The notes under the pieces are model-generated. The model searched no databases and had not been told where the DNA came from. It worked only from the letters and a program-made list of their open reading frames with translations. From the NCBI GenBank assembly GCA_024644015.1, contig JAHELV010000008.1, positions 25,823 to 73,084 of the forward strand: a stretch of DNA of 47,262 bases. Reading direction: 5' to 3'. Both the position numbers and the translations under genes were made by a program. This stretch comes from Nitriliruptorales bacterium. Lineage in GTDB: Bacteria > Actinomycetota > Nitriliruptoria > Euzebyales > JAHELV01. Positions 37,418-47,262 of this stretch are shown here, one piece after another. The stretch's first letter is position 1; every line of letters begins with the position of its first letter.

Positions 37418-38992
37418 ATGGGCGTCCGTTCCGCAACGACAGCGCGTGCTGACACGGCAGCACCGGCATGGTGGGCGATCGCTCTCGGCATGTCGATCGC
37501 CGCAGCCCTCCTCGGGGTGGCGGTGCTGCGCCCTTGGCACGGCCCGGTCGGATCCGAGGCGCGAGCGGCGTGGGTGCTCATCCAGCAGGTGACGATCGTC
37601 GTCCTGGTGGTCATGGCGGCAGCGTCCGCGCAGCCGGCCGATGCCCGGCGGTCCACCGCCAGCTACGCGGCCACTGCGGGCATGGCCGCATACCTGTTCG
37701 CCAGCATCTGGATGAACGAGATCGCCGGCCCGGCCGGGGTGTTGGGAGGCACGGTCGACCAACGTGTGCGCATCGTCGCAGGGCTGGTTGCGGGTATCGC
37801 GCTGGTGGCAATGGTGCTGTCGCTGACACACCGGCGCCGAACGGGCGGGCGGGACATCGAGGCAACCATTGACGCCGCCGTGGTCGGCGCGGCCGCGGGC
37901 GTCACGTTCTGGGAATCGGTCGTGGCCAACCTCGGCGCGGCCCGGCTGGACATCGGGACCGCCGCTGCCGCGACACTGGTCGTCGCCGCAGTGTCCGCGT
38001 TGTTCGTCCGGCTCCTGCTGTCCCCGGCCAGGCGCCTGGTCTCAGCCCGGCTGCTGGGTGTCGCATTCGGGTTGTCGGCGCTGCCCGTCGTGGACGTTGC
38101 GGTGTACGGTCTGGTGTTCGACCCGGCGCGCGCGCACTGGTGGGAGCTGCCGTTGCTGTTGGCGTGCGGAGCGCTGGCGGCGGCGTTTCTGCACCCGTCG
38201 GTACGGCAACTGGATACGGTCATCGATCCCGGGACGGTCCCGCCGCAGGGCAGCGTGCGGGCCATCATCCTGTGCGTTGCCGTGGTCGTTCCGGCCGGGG
38301 TGACGCTGGTCCGCGCACTGGCTGCGGTCGGCACCGCGTCCGGTGACGATCTTCGGGTGATCCTGTCGGTTCCGACGGCGGTCGCAGGGGTCACCATCAC
38401 GCTGGGGGTGGCATGGCGGCTGGCCACCCTGGTGCGGGAACGCGAGCACGCGCACCGACTGCTCCAGCACCACAACCGGCACGACGATCTGACGGGCCTA
38501 CCGAACCGGGCGTACCTGATCGACCGGCTGGAGGAGGAGATCCAGCGTGTGCGCGCACAGCCGGACGGTGCCAACGCAGGGTTCGGCCTGATGTTCCTCG
38601 ACCTCGACGGGTTCAAGTCGATCAACGACAGCTACGGCCATCACGCGGGCGACGCCGTGCTGGTCACAGTTGCGCAGCGGCTCGCCGACGCCGTGCGCAC
38701 AGACGACTTCGTCGGGCGGATGGCCGGCGACGAGTTCGTGCTGCTGTGCGGTCAGCCGTCCGACCAGGCAGCACTCGTCAGCCTGGCGGACCGGCTGCGC
38801 ACCGCGGTCGAGGCACCGCTGCCGGCCGAGTTCGGCGTTGTCACGCCGCGGGTCAGCATCGGCATCGCCGTGGTCGATCGCACCGTCGCGTCGTCGAGCG
38901 ACGCCGTCAGCGCAATCCTGCGGCAGGCGGACGCCAACATGTACGAGGCGAAGCGGGTGCCCCGGTCTACCGCGCCCACCAACGGGCCGTGA
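37418..38992 (+). CDS. Membrane-bound GGDEF-domain diguanylate cyclase (AGDEF variant)
   Basis: Multiple TM helices, HDDLTGLPNR, DLDGFKSINDSYGHHAGD, RTDD I-site, AGDEF, SIG, ADANMYEAK; start approximate. Confidence 0.9.
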   Translation: MGVRSATTARADTAAPAWWAIALGMSIAAALLGVAVLRPWHGPVGSEARAAWVLIQQVTIVVLVVMAAASAQPADARRSTASYAATAGMAAYLFASIWMNEIAGPAGVLGGTVDQRVRIVAGLVAGIALVAMVLSLTHRRRTGGRDIEATIDAAVVGAAAGVTFWESVVANLGAARLDIGTAAAATLVVAAVSALFVRLLLSPARRLVSARLLGVAFGLSALPVVDVAVYGLVFDPARAHWWELPLLLACGALAAAFLHPSVRQLDTVIDPGTVPPQGSVRAIILCVAVVVPAGVTLVRALAAVGTASGDDLRVILSVPTAVAGVTITLGVAWRLATLVREREHAHRLLQHHNRHDDLTGLPNRAYLIDRLEEEIQRVRAQPDGANAGFGLMFLDLDGFKSINDSYGHHAGDAVLVTVAQRLADAVRTDDFVGRMAGDEFVLLCGQPSDQAALVSLADRLRTAVEAPLPAEFGVVTPRVSIGIAVVDRTVASSSDAVSAILRQADANMYEAKRVPRSTAPTNGP

Positions 38993-39040
38993 CCCCGACC
39001 CGTACCCCCGCTGGCCGGGTTGCGTGGTCGTCGTGCGGGA

Positions 39041-39138
39041 GGTGTCCGGGTGCCGGTGCGCAGCCGACTCGAGGTGCCCGAGCCTCAGGCGAGGGCGGGG
39101 CCCCCGCACGGGAGGCGGAGCACCGGCACCCGGACACC
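39041..39138 (+). repeat. Element family A, copy 5 (after tuf2; most diverged)
   Basis: Perfect 19-bp arms 39041-39059 / 39120-39138; core shows compensatory swaps GCC/GGC and GCCC/GGGC. Confidence 0.88.
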
Positions 39139-39142
39139 GAAC

Positions 39143-40330
<1,188 letters not shown>

Positions 40331-40397
40331 GACGCGTTCCCTTCAGGAAGTCTGCGGTTGTGGTGTGGTCGGATGCGGACGGAATCATACGATCTCG

Positions 40398-40469
40398 TAG
40401 CGGCGGGTGGACTCGAACCACCGACACAGCGATTATGAGCCGCTTGCTCTACCTCTGAGCTACGCCGCC
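40398..40469 (-). tRNA. tRNA-Met (CAT), probably elongator
   Basis: GGCGGCGTAGCTCAGAGGTAGAGCAAGCGGCTCATAATCGCTGTGTCGGTGGTTCGAGTCCACCCGCCGCTA; CCA not encoded. Confidence 0.93.
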
Positions 40470-40525
40470 GAGCAGACCCCTCGGATCCGGCTTGACCCCC
40501 CGGCGGGAGTGCCCGTCGAGAGTCG

Positions 40526-40598
40526 AGCCCCCCAACGGAATCGAACCGTTGACCTTCTCCTTACCATGGAGACGCTCTGCCGACTGAGCTAGGGGGGC
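40526..40598 (-). tRNA. tRNA-Thr (GGT)
   Basis: GCCCCCCTAGCTCAGTCGGCAGAGCGTCTCCATGGTAAGGAGAAGGTCAACGGTTCGATTCCGTTGGGGGGCT. Confidence 0.96.
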
Positions 40599-40654
40599 GG
40601 ATGGAACGACAGTATGAAGGTCCCCATCAGCAGCCGCAACCTGCGTGGAACGCG

Positions 40655-41140
40655 ATGACACAGCTCTCCGAGGACACCGCGGTGCCGATGCGCCGGCTTG
40701 ATCCGCGTGTCCGCAACCTGTGGTGGACGGTCAGCGCACTGGTGCTGGCCGTCGTCCTGGCGGTGACGCTCGTCGCGGGCCGACTGCTCGACGACGGCTG
40801 GAGCGGGCTCCCAGCCCTGATCGTCTTCGTCTTCGGCACGCCGCTGGCGGTGCTCGTCCCGTGGCTGCGCTACCAGCGGTGGCAGTTCGCCCTGCGCGAC
40901 GACGATCTGTGGATACGCCGTGGCGTGCTGTGGCTCAACACGAGCGTCATCCCGTACGCCAGGCTGCAGTTCGTCGACACGACCCAGGGACCGCTGGAAC
41001 GCATGTTCGGGTTGTCCCAGCTGATCGTGCACACGGCCGCGCCAGGCACGTCTGGCCACCTTCCCGGACTGGCTGTCGACGACGCCAGGATGCTGCGGGA
41101 ACGCCTCGCCCGGGTGCGCCAGACCGCCCGCGATGTCTGA
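40655..41140 (+). CDS. bPH_2 membrane protein (YdbS-like)
   Basis: Two TM helices, LWIRRGVLW...IPYARLQFVDTTQGPLERMFGL..L.VHTA. Confidence 0.85.
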   Translation: MTQLSEDTAVPMRRLDPRVRNLWWTVSALVLAVVLAVTLVAGRLLDDGWSGLPALIVFVFGTPLAVLVPWLRYQRWQFALRDDDLWIRRGVLWLNTSVIPYARLQFVDTTQGPLERMFGLSQLIVHTAAPGTSGHLPGLAVDDARMLRERLARVRQTARDV

Positions 41141-42635
41141 GTCCGGCCCTCCGGAGGCCGCGATCTCGGACGATGCGCTGCCACGCGCCGGCGAGCGCGC
41201 CGTGCTGGGCGGCCGCCTGCACCCCAGCGTCATCGCGTTGTGGAGCGTACGGGGCGGCAGCGTGCTCGTGGCACTGTGGCTCGTCGGCTCGCTGGAGCGG
41301 CTGGTCGGGGTGGCGCTGCTCGGCGTGATCGTCGGGTCGTCGCTGCTCCGTTGGCGCCGGTTCACCTGGCGGATCGACGCCGAGGGACTGGTCATCGAGC
41401 AGGGCCTGTTCGAACGCACGCGGCGGGTGATCCCGATCGAGCGGATCCAGGCGGTGCAGACGGTGCGCAAGGTCAGTCACCGCGCCTTCGGCGTGGTCGG
41501 GCTCCGCATCGAGGCCATTGGGGGGCGTGAGACCGAAGGGCAGCTCGACGCGCTGACGCCGCGCGTCGCACGCCAGGCGCAGCACGCGCTGCTGCGGCGA
41601 CCCCAGCCGGGTAGCGACGTCTCGACGGCGGCGGCCGGTGCGGGCGAGGTGCGGCCAGGATTCCACGAACAGCTGGTCGCCGATGCGCCGCCGGGGACGG
41701 TGCTCGCACGCTGCACGCCGCGCATGCTGCTCCTGGCGGGATTGACCGGCGGCCGGGTGGGGGTGGCGGCGGCCGCGATCGGGCTGGCACAGCAGGTTTT
41801 CGGGGAGCGTCTCACCGATGCCGTCCTGTCGGCACCGGAGCGACTGGGCCTGGCCACGGCCCTCGCGCTCGCTGTCGCAGGGGTGCTCGCGGCGTTCGCA
41901 CTGTCGGTGGTCGCGACCGCGGTCGCCTACTGGGACTTCACCGTACGCCGCGATGGTCTGCTGCTGCGGTTGCAGCGCGGGTTGCTCGACGAGCGCCGTG
42001 ACACCGTGCCGGTAGCTCGCGTGCAGAGCGTGACGGTCGAGCAGAACATCCTCCGTCGTCCCCTCGGGCTCGCGAGCGTCAAGATGGTCGTCGCCGGTCG
42101 AGCGGGAGACGACGGCGACCTGACCAGCACGCTCCTGCCGATCGGCCACCGGGCCGACGCGCTTCGGCTGGTTGGCGACATCTTCGACACGACGGCACTC
42201 GACGGCGCGCAGCTGGCGTCGATGCCACGAGCCGCGCGGGCCAGGCGCGTGGCGCGCGCCGTCGCCGTCACAGCCGTGATCACTGCCGTCGTCGCCGCGA
42301 CGGCCGGCCTGCAGTGGGTGCCATTCGGTCTGGCGTCAGCGGCGGTCACGGTGCCCATCGCCGTGGCGTCCTACCGGGCGCTCGGGTGGGCAGTCCGCGA
42401 CGACCTGGTCGTCGCCCGGTCGGGCTGGCTGGTCCGACGGATCAGCGTGACGCCGGTCGCGGCGACACAGAGCGCTCGCCTGTCGAGCTCGCCGTTCCAA
42501 CGCCGTCGCGATCTCGCAACGCTGCGCGTCGAGATCGCGCGCGCGCGAGGAGCCCGCGACCCTCGCCTGCTCGACATCGCCGCAGCGGACGGCGCCCGCC
42601 TCCAACACCGGCTGGCCGATGCGGTCTCGGATTGA
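41133..42635 (+). CDS. Triple bPH_2 membrane protein (YdbT-like)
   Basis: RLHP, IPIERIQAV, VPVARVQSVTVEQNILRR.LG, SPFQRRRDLATL; overlaps YdbS-like gene. Confidence 0.87.
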   Translation: MSESGPPEAAISDDALPRAGERAVLGGRLHPSVIALWSVRGGSVLVALWLVGSLERLVGVALLGVIVGSSLLRWRRFTWRIDAEGLVIEQGLFERTRRVIPIERIQAVQTVRKVSHRAFGVVGLRIEAIGGRETEGQLDALTPRVARQAQHALLRRPQPGSDVSTAAAGAGEVRPGFHEQLVADAPPGTVLARCTPRMLLLAGLTGGRVGVAAAAIGLAQQVFGERLTDAVLSAPERLGLATALALAVAGVLAAFALSVVATAVAYWDFTVRRDGLLLRLQRGLLDERRDTVPVARVQSVTVEQNILRRPLGLASVKMVVAGRAGDDGDLTSTLLPIGHRADALRLVGDIFDTTALDGAQLASMPRAARARRVARAVAVTAVITAVVAATAGLQWVPFGLASAAVTVPIAVASYRALGWAVRDDLVVARSGWLVRRISVTPVAATQSARLSSSPFQRRRDLATLRVEIARARGARDPRLLDIAAADGARLQHRLADAVSD

Positions 42636-42742
42636 GGCCCCACACGACTTCGACGCAGCTGGTTCACCGCCTCCCGTTCGCCCCGCGGGCATCCGGCGGG
42701 GTTGCAGACGGGGTCGCCAACGACCTAGGCTTTCGGGTCCCC

Positions 42743-42824
42743 GGTGGGATGCCCGAGTGGCCAAAGGGACCTGGCTGTAAACCAGGCGGCTCAGCCTTCG
42801 AAGGTTCGAATCCTTCTCCCACCA
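42743..42824 (+). tRNA. tRNA-Tyr (GTA)
   Basis: GGTGGGATGCCCGAGTGGCCAAAGGGACCTGGCTGTAAACCAGGCGGCTCAGCCTTCGAAGGTTCGAATCCTTCTCCCACCA; long variable arm. Confidence 0.96.
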
Positions 42825-42903
42825 CGAAGCTTGTTATTTGTCATGCCTTCACCTGCGGTTTTTGTGTATCTAATAGTCTTGTCGGTACGCTATCGCCGCA
42901 CGG

Positions 42904-43002
42904 GTGAAGATCCGCTTGCCGGCACGCGTTCGCGGAGCCGGCGATGGGACCGTCAAGCGGCGCGCGAACGGCTCGTGGCGCCGCCCAGTATGTGCCGATC
43001 TA
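42904..43002 (+). pseudogene. Probable N-terminal relic of a tyrosine integrase
   Basis: RVRGAGDGTVKRRANGSWR (then shifted AQYV) resembles the RGxGEGSIxxRxDGRW start of actinobacterial integrases; 80 bp after tRNA-Tyr. Confidence 0.5.
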
Positions 43003-44391
43003 GGGCGGCCCGGAGGGGGCCACTCCGATGATCTGGCGGAACTTGCCGCTTGCCCCGAGGTCGTCAGGGGGCTGGTCGTCGAGCTCTACGGAAACACCCT
43101 TGACGCCCTGGCGGTCCAGGAAGGCGCCCAGAATGTGCGACACCGACTGCCAAGCCGTCGCCTGCTGGTCTTCGTCCTGACAGGAGATCCGGACAGAGAG
43201 GCGTTTCGGACTGGTCTGAACCAACTGGATACGCTCGACACCTGCGACCTCGTCGAGACCTGCGGTGATGGCCAGGGGAAGCACTTCGATGACTGTGTCG
43301 TCGGATGCGAACCGGAGGATGTCGTCTTGTCGACCGGTGACACGGATGGCGGGCAGCGAGCTTCCACAGCCGCAGGGGTCGGGTCGCACGAGCACGGAGT
43401 CCCCGAGGTCGTATCGAATGATCGGTTGCACACGGTTGGACAGATTGGTGAGGAGCGTGGTGTGCGAGGGCTCTCCCGGCGGGACCTGAAGATGATCGGC
43501 GTCGACGGGTTCGAGGATCATCCAGTCGCTGCGGTAGTGCAGCCACTCATACCGACACGTCGTGGCTAGGAGCAGGCACTCTGAGCTCCCGTAGCCGTCG
43601 ATGACTGGAGCCCCGAACGTAGCCGCCATCTGCTGCCGCTCCTCGACTGAAACCGTCTCGCCCCCCGTGCCGATGAGACCCGGCTGGATGTGAAGCCGCC
43701 CGGCGCGTCGTTCCTGAGCCAGCTGACGGATCGCACTCGGATACCCCGTGAGAATCGCCGGGTCGAAGGAGTTCAGCTGCGCCACCATGTCACCGAGGGA
43801 CTGTTCGACGCTGACGACCTGCTGCCGCTCCTTCCTCCGCTTGTTGTCACGTTGACCCAGCACGACCATTCCGGCTCCGGCGAAGTGGCCCGCAGTGCCG
43901 ACCACGCGGGCCCGGCGCATTCCTTTGGCAATCAGTCGACGCCATCGGGCGCGGCGCAACAACCTAAACCCGCCAAAGGCGTAGCAGGCGTAGATCGCAG
44001 ATATCGCAGCCCGGTCCGCCACGAAAACCCCCGGATGGCCCGTAGTTCCCGAACTGCGACAGACGAAGTAGTCATCGAGAAAGCGGACTCCGCTCAAGGT
44101 CGGGTCGGCGATGAATGCCTCCAGGGAGTCGAGGGTTATGCGCCGGTCAGCGACCCACTCGTCGAACCGCTCCATCAGCTCCGGCTTCTGCGTCACTGGT
44201 AGGTCGGTCAGCGAGACCGGACCAAAGGCAAGCTCGGAGTACGCCTCCCGAAAGTAGGGCGAGTAGACCCTTGCGTAGGCCACGAGCGACGCAAGTCTTT
44301 CTTCCTGCCGCCGCCGCAGACCAGCAGGTCCCTCACGTTCCGCTGTCCACAGATCGGCGGCCACACGGAATATCGCGCGGCGGTCTTTCAT
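43000..44391 (-). CDS. Phenylacetate-CoA ligase / F390 synthetase-like adenylating enzyme
   Basis: SPYF, LPVTQK, RSSGTTGHP, GYPS, GGE, YGSSE, LTNL.NRVQPIIRYDLGD, GRQDD; GAGGAGG RBS; lower GC than flanks. Confidence 0.88.
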   Translation of the reverse strand: MKDRRAIFRVAADLWTAEREGPAGLRRRQEERLASLVAYARVYSPYFREAYSELAFGPVSLTDLPVTQKPELMERFDEWVADRRITLDSLEAFIADPTLSGVRFLDDYFVCRSSGTTGHPGVFVADRAAISAIYACYAFGGFRLLRRARWRRLIAKGMRRARVVGTAGHFAGAGMVVLGQRDNKRRKERQQVVSVEQSLGDMVAQLNSFDPAILTGYPSAIRQLAQERRAGRLHIQPGLIGTGGETVSVEERQQMAATFGAPVIDGYGSSECLLLATTCRYEWLHYRSDWMILEPVDADHLQVPPGEPSHTTLLTNLSNRVQPIIRYDLGDSVLVRPDPCGCGSSLPAIRVTGRQDDILRFASDDTVIEVLPLAITAGLDEVAGVERIQLVQTSPKRLSVRISCQDEDQQATAWQSVSHILGAFLDRQGVKGVSVELDDQPPDDLGASGKFRQIIGVAPSGPP

Positions 44392-44460
44392 CCCAACCAA
44401 CCTCCTCGAGTCCCCACCACCGAAGGCCCAGGCACTCCGTCCGCTCGCTGGCGGCCCCGA

Positions 44461-46593
44461 TCAGAACCGTCCGCCCCCGCCGCGCCGGCCGCCGGAGCCG
44501 CCACCGAAGCCTCCTGCGCCACCACGTCGACCGCGGGTGCGCACGCCGCCGAAGCTGCCCGGCCCACCGAACCCGCCCGCGCCCCAGCCCCCCGGCCGGT
44601 TGCCACGACCGCCGAGCAGGATCCCACCGAGGATCAGTGACCCGATGTCGACGCCGGGCGACGGCCCACGTTCCCAGGTCCCACCGTCCCAACCACGCCG
44701 GTCGCGCTGGGCGAGACGCGCGGCCTCCTCGGCCAATGCGTCGGCCTCCCGCGCGGCACGCAGCGCGGCTTCGGGATCGTCGTGCTGGCGCGTGGTCGCC
44801 TCCGTCAGCCGCTGCTGCGCCTCCGCGAGCCGCGTGCGCGCAGCCGGACCGACCGCGCCGCGGCGCGATCGGATGTAGTCGTCGACGCCGTCGATCTCGG
44901 CCCGAGCGGCCGCCATCGCAGCGTCGAGCTGGCGCCGGGCCCGATCGGCGCGCGCGGTGGCGTCGCGTACGTCAACCAGCAGTGCCTCCAGCCGCTGGTC
45001 GGCGGCGTCGAGCCGCCGCAGCGCGCCCAGCGGATCGGGGCGCTCGCCTTCGCGTTCGGCCTCGGCCGCCTCGACGGCAGCGCGAGCGTGCCCAACGGCG
45101 TCAGCCAACTGGGCACGCAGGTCGGGCGGCGCCAGTGCGGCCTCGTCGATGTCGCGCCGTGTCTCGGCCAGCAGCTCGCTGAGCCGCCCGTCGACCGCCC
45201 GCAGATCAGCTTCGACGCGCTCGACGCTCGCGATCAGCCCGGTCGCCTGCGCGATGGCGTCCTCGGCGGTGCGGGCTGCCACGACCGCCGCCGAAGGCTC
45301 ATCGGACGACAATGCCGCGCGCGCCTCGGCGAGTGCTGCGGCCGCGGCAGCGACCAGGCGCTCAGCTTCATCCGGGTTCTCGGCCACCGCTGCCAGAGAC
45401 GCGTCGGCATAGCGGGCGCGCAGCCCGTCGACGGTTGCCCGAGCGGCGGCCAGACGCTCGGCCGCGAGATCGCGCTGCGCTCCCAGCTGCTCGACGTATT
45501 GGGGTGCGTTCGCCTCGAGGTCACGGAGCCGGTCGAAGTCGTCGACATGTTCGTCGAGACGTGCATTGGACGCGTCGAGACGCTCAACCATCGCGATCAG
45601 CGTGGCCCGCGCCGCCACCGGATCGCTGTCGTCGATCTGTTGACGGAGGCGGAACGCCTCGCGGAGCTGCGCATCGGCCTCCTCGAGATCGTCGCGGAAC
45701 GGGGCGGTGGCGTCCCGCCCGTACTGGGCCTCGGCGAGCACGAGCTCATTGCGGCTGGTCGCGAGTGCGTCGTCGGTGTCGACGAGCAGACCGTCCGCAC
45801 GGGACCGCAGCTCATCGAGTGGCTCCACCGGAGCGGTGGTCGACCCGCTCGACACGGGCGGCGACTGCCGTGACCGGCGGCGCCGTGAGGCCAGGTACCA
45901 CACACCGAGACCCGCAGGCGGCAGGACCCACAGCCACACCGGGATTCCCCCGTCATCGGCCCCGGTGGCGACGCGCTGGTCTCCGCTGCCAGCCTGCGCA
46001 TCCTCGCCGCCGGCGCCGGCACCAGCCGATCCGGTGAGCGCGGCGGCGTACCCGTCGGCCGCCGCGATGGCTGCACCCGCCCAGTCCTCGGCCTGCAGCT
46101 CCGGCTCGATCGCATCCGTCGCGATTCGCGCCAGCTCGGCGTCCCCGAGCGGGAACGACTCGTCAGCCGAGTACGCGTACTGTCGGTCGTCGACCGCGAC
46201 CGCAAGCAGGACGTCGTTGAGCCCGAGCCCGTTGTCCACTGCGACCGCGTCGGCCCACTGCTGCGCCGCCACACCGTCGAACGTGTCGACGAACACCGCC
46301 CACAGCTGCACGCGCTGCTCGGCGCGGAGGCGCTCCAGCGCGGCATCCACGGCGGCGGCGTCGTCCACGACGCCCGCTTCGTCGACGAGCTGCCTGTCCA
46401 GCGTCGCCGCCGCCGCCGGACCAGCAACGGCGATCACCGTGGCGATCACGACCGCCGCCATCGCCATTGCCGCACGCACCGGTGCGATCGCGACGATCCC
46501 CGAAACGGCCGACCGCGGGTCCACCGCGGGGACGAACCGGATATGCCGACGGTCTCGGTGTCTGATGCCGGCCGGCGCCAACAAGCGGGTCAC
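44461..46593 (-). CDS. TPM (TLP18.3/Psb32/MOLO-1) domain membrane protein with coiled coil and Gly-rich tail
   Basis: DEAGV...QLWAVFVDTF...DVLLAVAVDDR...DWAGAAIAAA, TM helix, RGAVGPAARTRLAEA, GGGGRF end; GTG start with AGGAGG RBS. Confidence 0.87.
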   Translation of the reverse strand: MTRLLAPAGIRHRDRRHIRFVPAVDPRSAVSGIVAIAPVRAAMAMAAVVIATVIAVAGPAAAATLDRQLVDEAGVVDDAAAVDAALERLRAEQRVQLWAVFVDTFDGVAAQQWADAVAVDNGLGLNDVLLAVAVDDRQYAYSADESFPLGDAELARIATDAIEPELQAEDWAGAAIAAADGYAAALTGSAGAGAGGEDAQAGSGDQRVATGADDGGIPVWLWVLPPAGLGVWYLASRRRRSRQSPPVSSGSTTAPVEPLDELRSRADGLLVDTDDALATSRNELVLAEAQYGRDATAPFRDDLEEADAQLREAFRLRQQIDDSDPVAARATLIAMVERLDASNARLDEHVDDFDRLRDLEANAPQYVEQLGAQRDLAAERLAAARATVDGLRARYADASLAAVAENPDEAERLVAAAAAALAEARAALSSDEPSAAVVAARTAEDAIAQATGLIASVERVEADLRAVDGRLSELLAETRRDIDEAALAPPDLRAQLADAVGHARAAVEAAEAEREGERPDPLGALRRLDAADQRLEALLVDVRDATARADRARRQLDAAMAAARAEIDGVDDYIRSRRGAVGPAARTRLAEAQQRLTEATTRQHDDPEAALRAAREADALAEEAARLAQRDRRGWDGGTWERGPSPGVDIGSLILGGILLGGRGNRPGGWGAGGFGGPGSFGGVRTRGRRGGAGGFGGGSGGRRGGGGRF

Positions 46594-46923
46594 GAATGAG
46601 CCTCCTGAGTCCCGATCGGCCGTGCTGTAGTCCAGCGGACGGTCGGTGGTGCCGTCCGCGGCGAGCCGGTCAGCGCCGACAGTACTCCAGCCGGTGCGCC
46701 GCGGACGGCCATGGTCCGTCGAGGGGCGTGTGCTAGCCTTCCTCGCTGGCGATCCACACGGACGCCACCTCGACGGAGGGTTGCCAATGCCTTCCGACGG
46801 CACCCGCATCCACCGCCTGCCGTCGTCGACGAACTCGGATAGTCGCACCTGACCCACGCCAGGTCGACCGCCCGGTGGCTGCGCAGCTCCTAGCATGCCC
46901 GAACGCGGAGAGGAGCATCCACG

Positions 46924-47262
46924 ATGGCCGACAGCAGCTTCGACGTGGTCGCGGAGGTCGACCGCCAAGAGGTCGACAACGCGATCAACCAGGCCGCGAA
47001 GGAGATCGCGCAGCGCTACGACTTCAAGAACACGGGCGCGAGCGTGGCGTGGTCCGGCGACGTCATCGCCATCGGTGCCAACTCCGAGGAGCGCGTGATG
47101 GCGGCGCTCGACGTGCTCCAGTCGAAGCTGGTTCGGCGCAAGGTCAGCCTGAAGGCGCTCGAGCACGACGAGCCCAAGCCCGGCTCCCGTGGCAACTACC
47201 GTCTCGAGATCACGCTGGTCAACGGCATCCCGACCGACAAGGCCAAGGCGATGGTCAAGCAG
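46924..47262 (+). CDS. yajQ: YajQ family nucleotide/c-di-GMP-binding protein (3' end runs off window)
   Basis: Not in ORF track. MADSSFDVVAEVDRQEVDNAINQAAKEIAQRYDFKN; GAGGAG RBS. Confidence 0.93.
   Translation, partial: MADSSFDVVAEVDRQEVDNAINQAAKEIAQRYDFKNTGASVAWSGDVIAIGANSEERVMAALDVLQSKLVRRKVSLKALEHDEPKPGSRGNYRLEITLVNGIPTDKAKAMVKQ

Noticed and set aside
42904-43569. 221-aa plus-strand ORF as an intact integrase
   Set aside because: Only the first ~26 codons look integrase-like; the rest is the antisense frame of the ligase gene, with no R-H-R-Y catalytic motifs
46594-47166. N-terminal ~190 aa of the 901-aa TPM ORF
   Set aside because: Overlaps yajQ on the opposite strand; a good AGGAGG-GTG start exists at 46593

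Overview
High-GC actinobacterial chromosome segment. The assignment rests on the RpoC beta'-i1 insert and the tRNA-Thr/Met-rpmG-MaoC pair-tRNA-Trp-secE gene order; a second tuf beside the tRNAs suggests a deep-branching lineage (inference). The minus strand carries the core transcription/translation supercluster: tRNA-Thr, tRNA-Met, tuf, rpmG, an out-of-place divergent infC, two MaoC dehydratases, tRNA-Trp, secE, nusG, rplK, rplA, rplJ, rplL, rpoB, rpoC, rpsL, rpsG, fusA, tuf, rpsJ, rplC, rplD, rplW, rplB, rpsS, rplV and a partial rpsC. Accessory genes are interspersed: a phage-lysin-like amidase, YbjQ, SF2 helicase, LysR, endonuclease IV, bPH_2 proteins, SIMPL lipoprotein, FAD/Fe-S oxidoreductase, a membrane pseudokinase, an AGDEF cyclase, a small decayed island at tRNA-Tyr, a TPM protein and yajQ. 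The most unusual signal is non-coding. Five copies of a ~100-nt element have a conserved, covarying tandem-GA core enclosed by locus-specific 18-21 bp inverted arms. Each lies just after the stop codon of rpsJ, tuf1, rpoC, rpoB or tuf2 and folds best on the strand antisense to the mRNA. A second hairpin family (loop AGCCTGGT) and 33-bp and 45-bp tandem arrays flanking rpsL also occur in the operon spacers.
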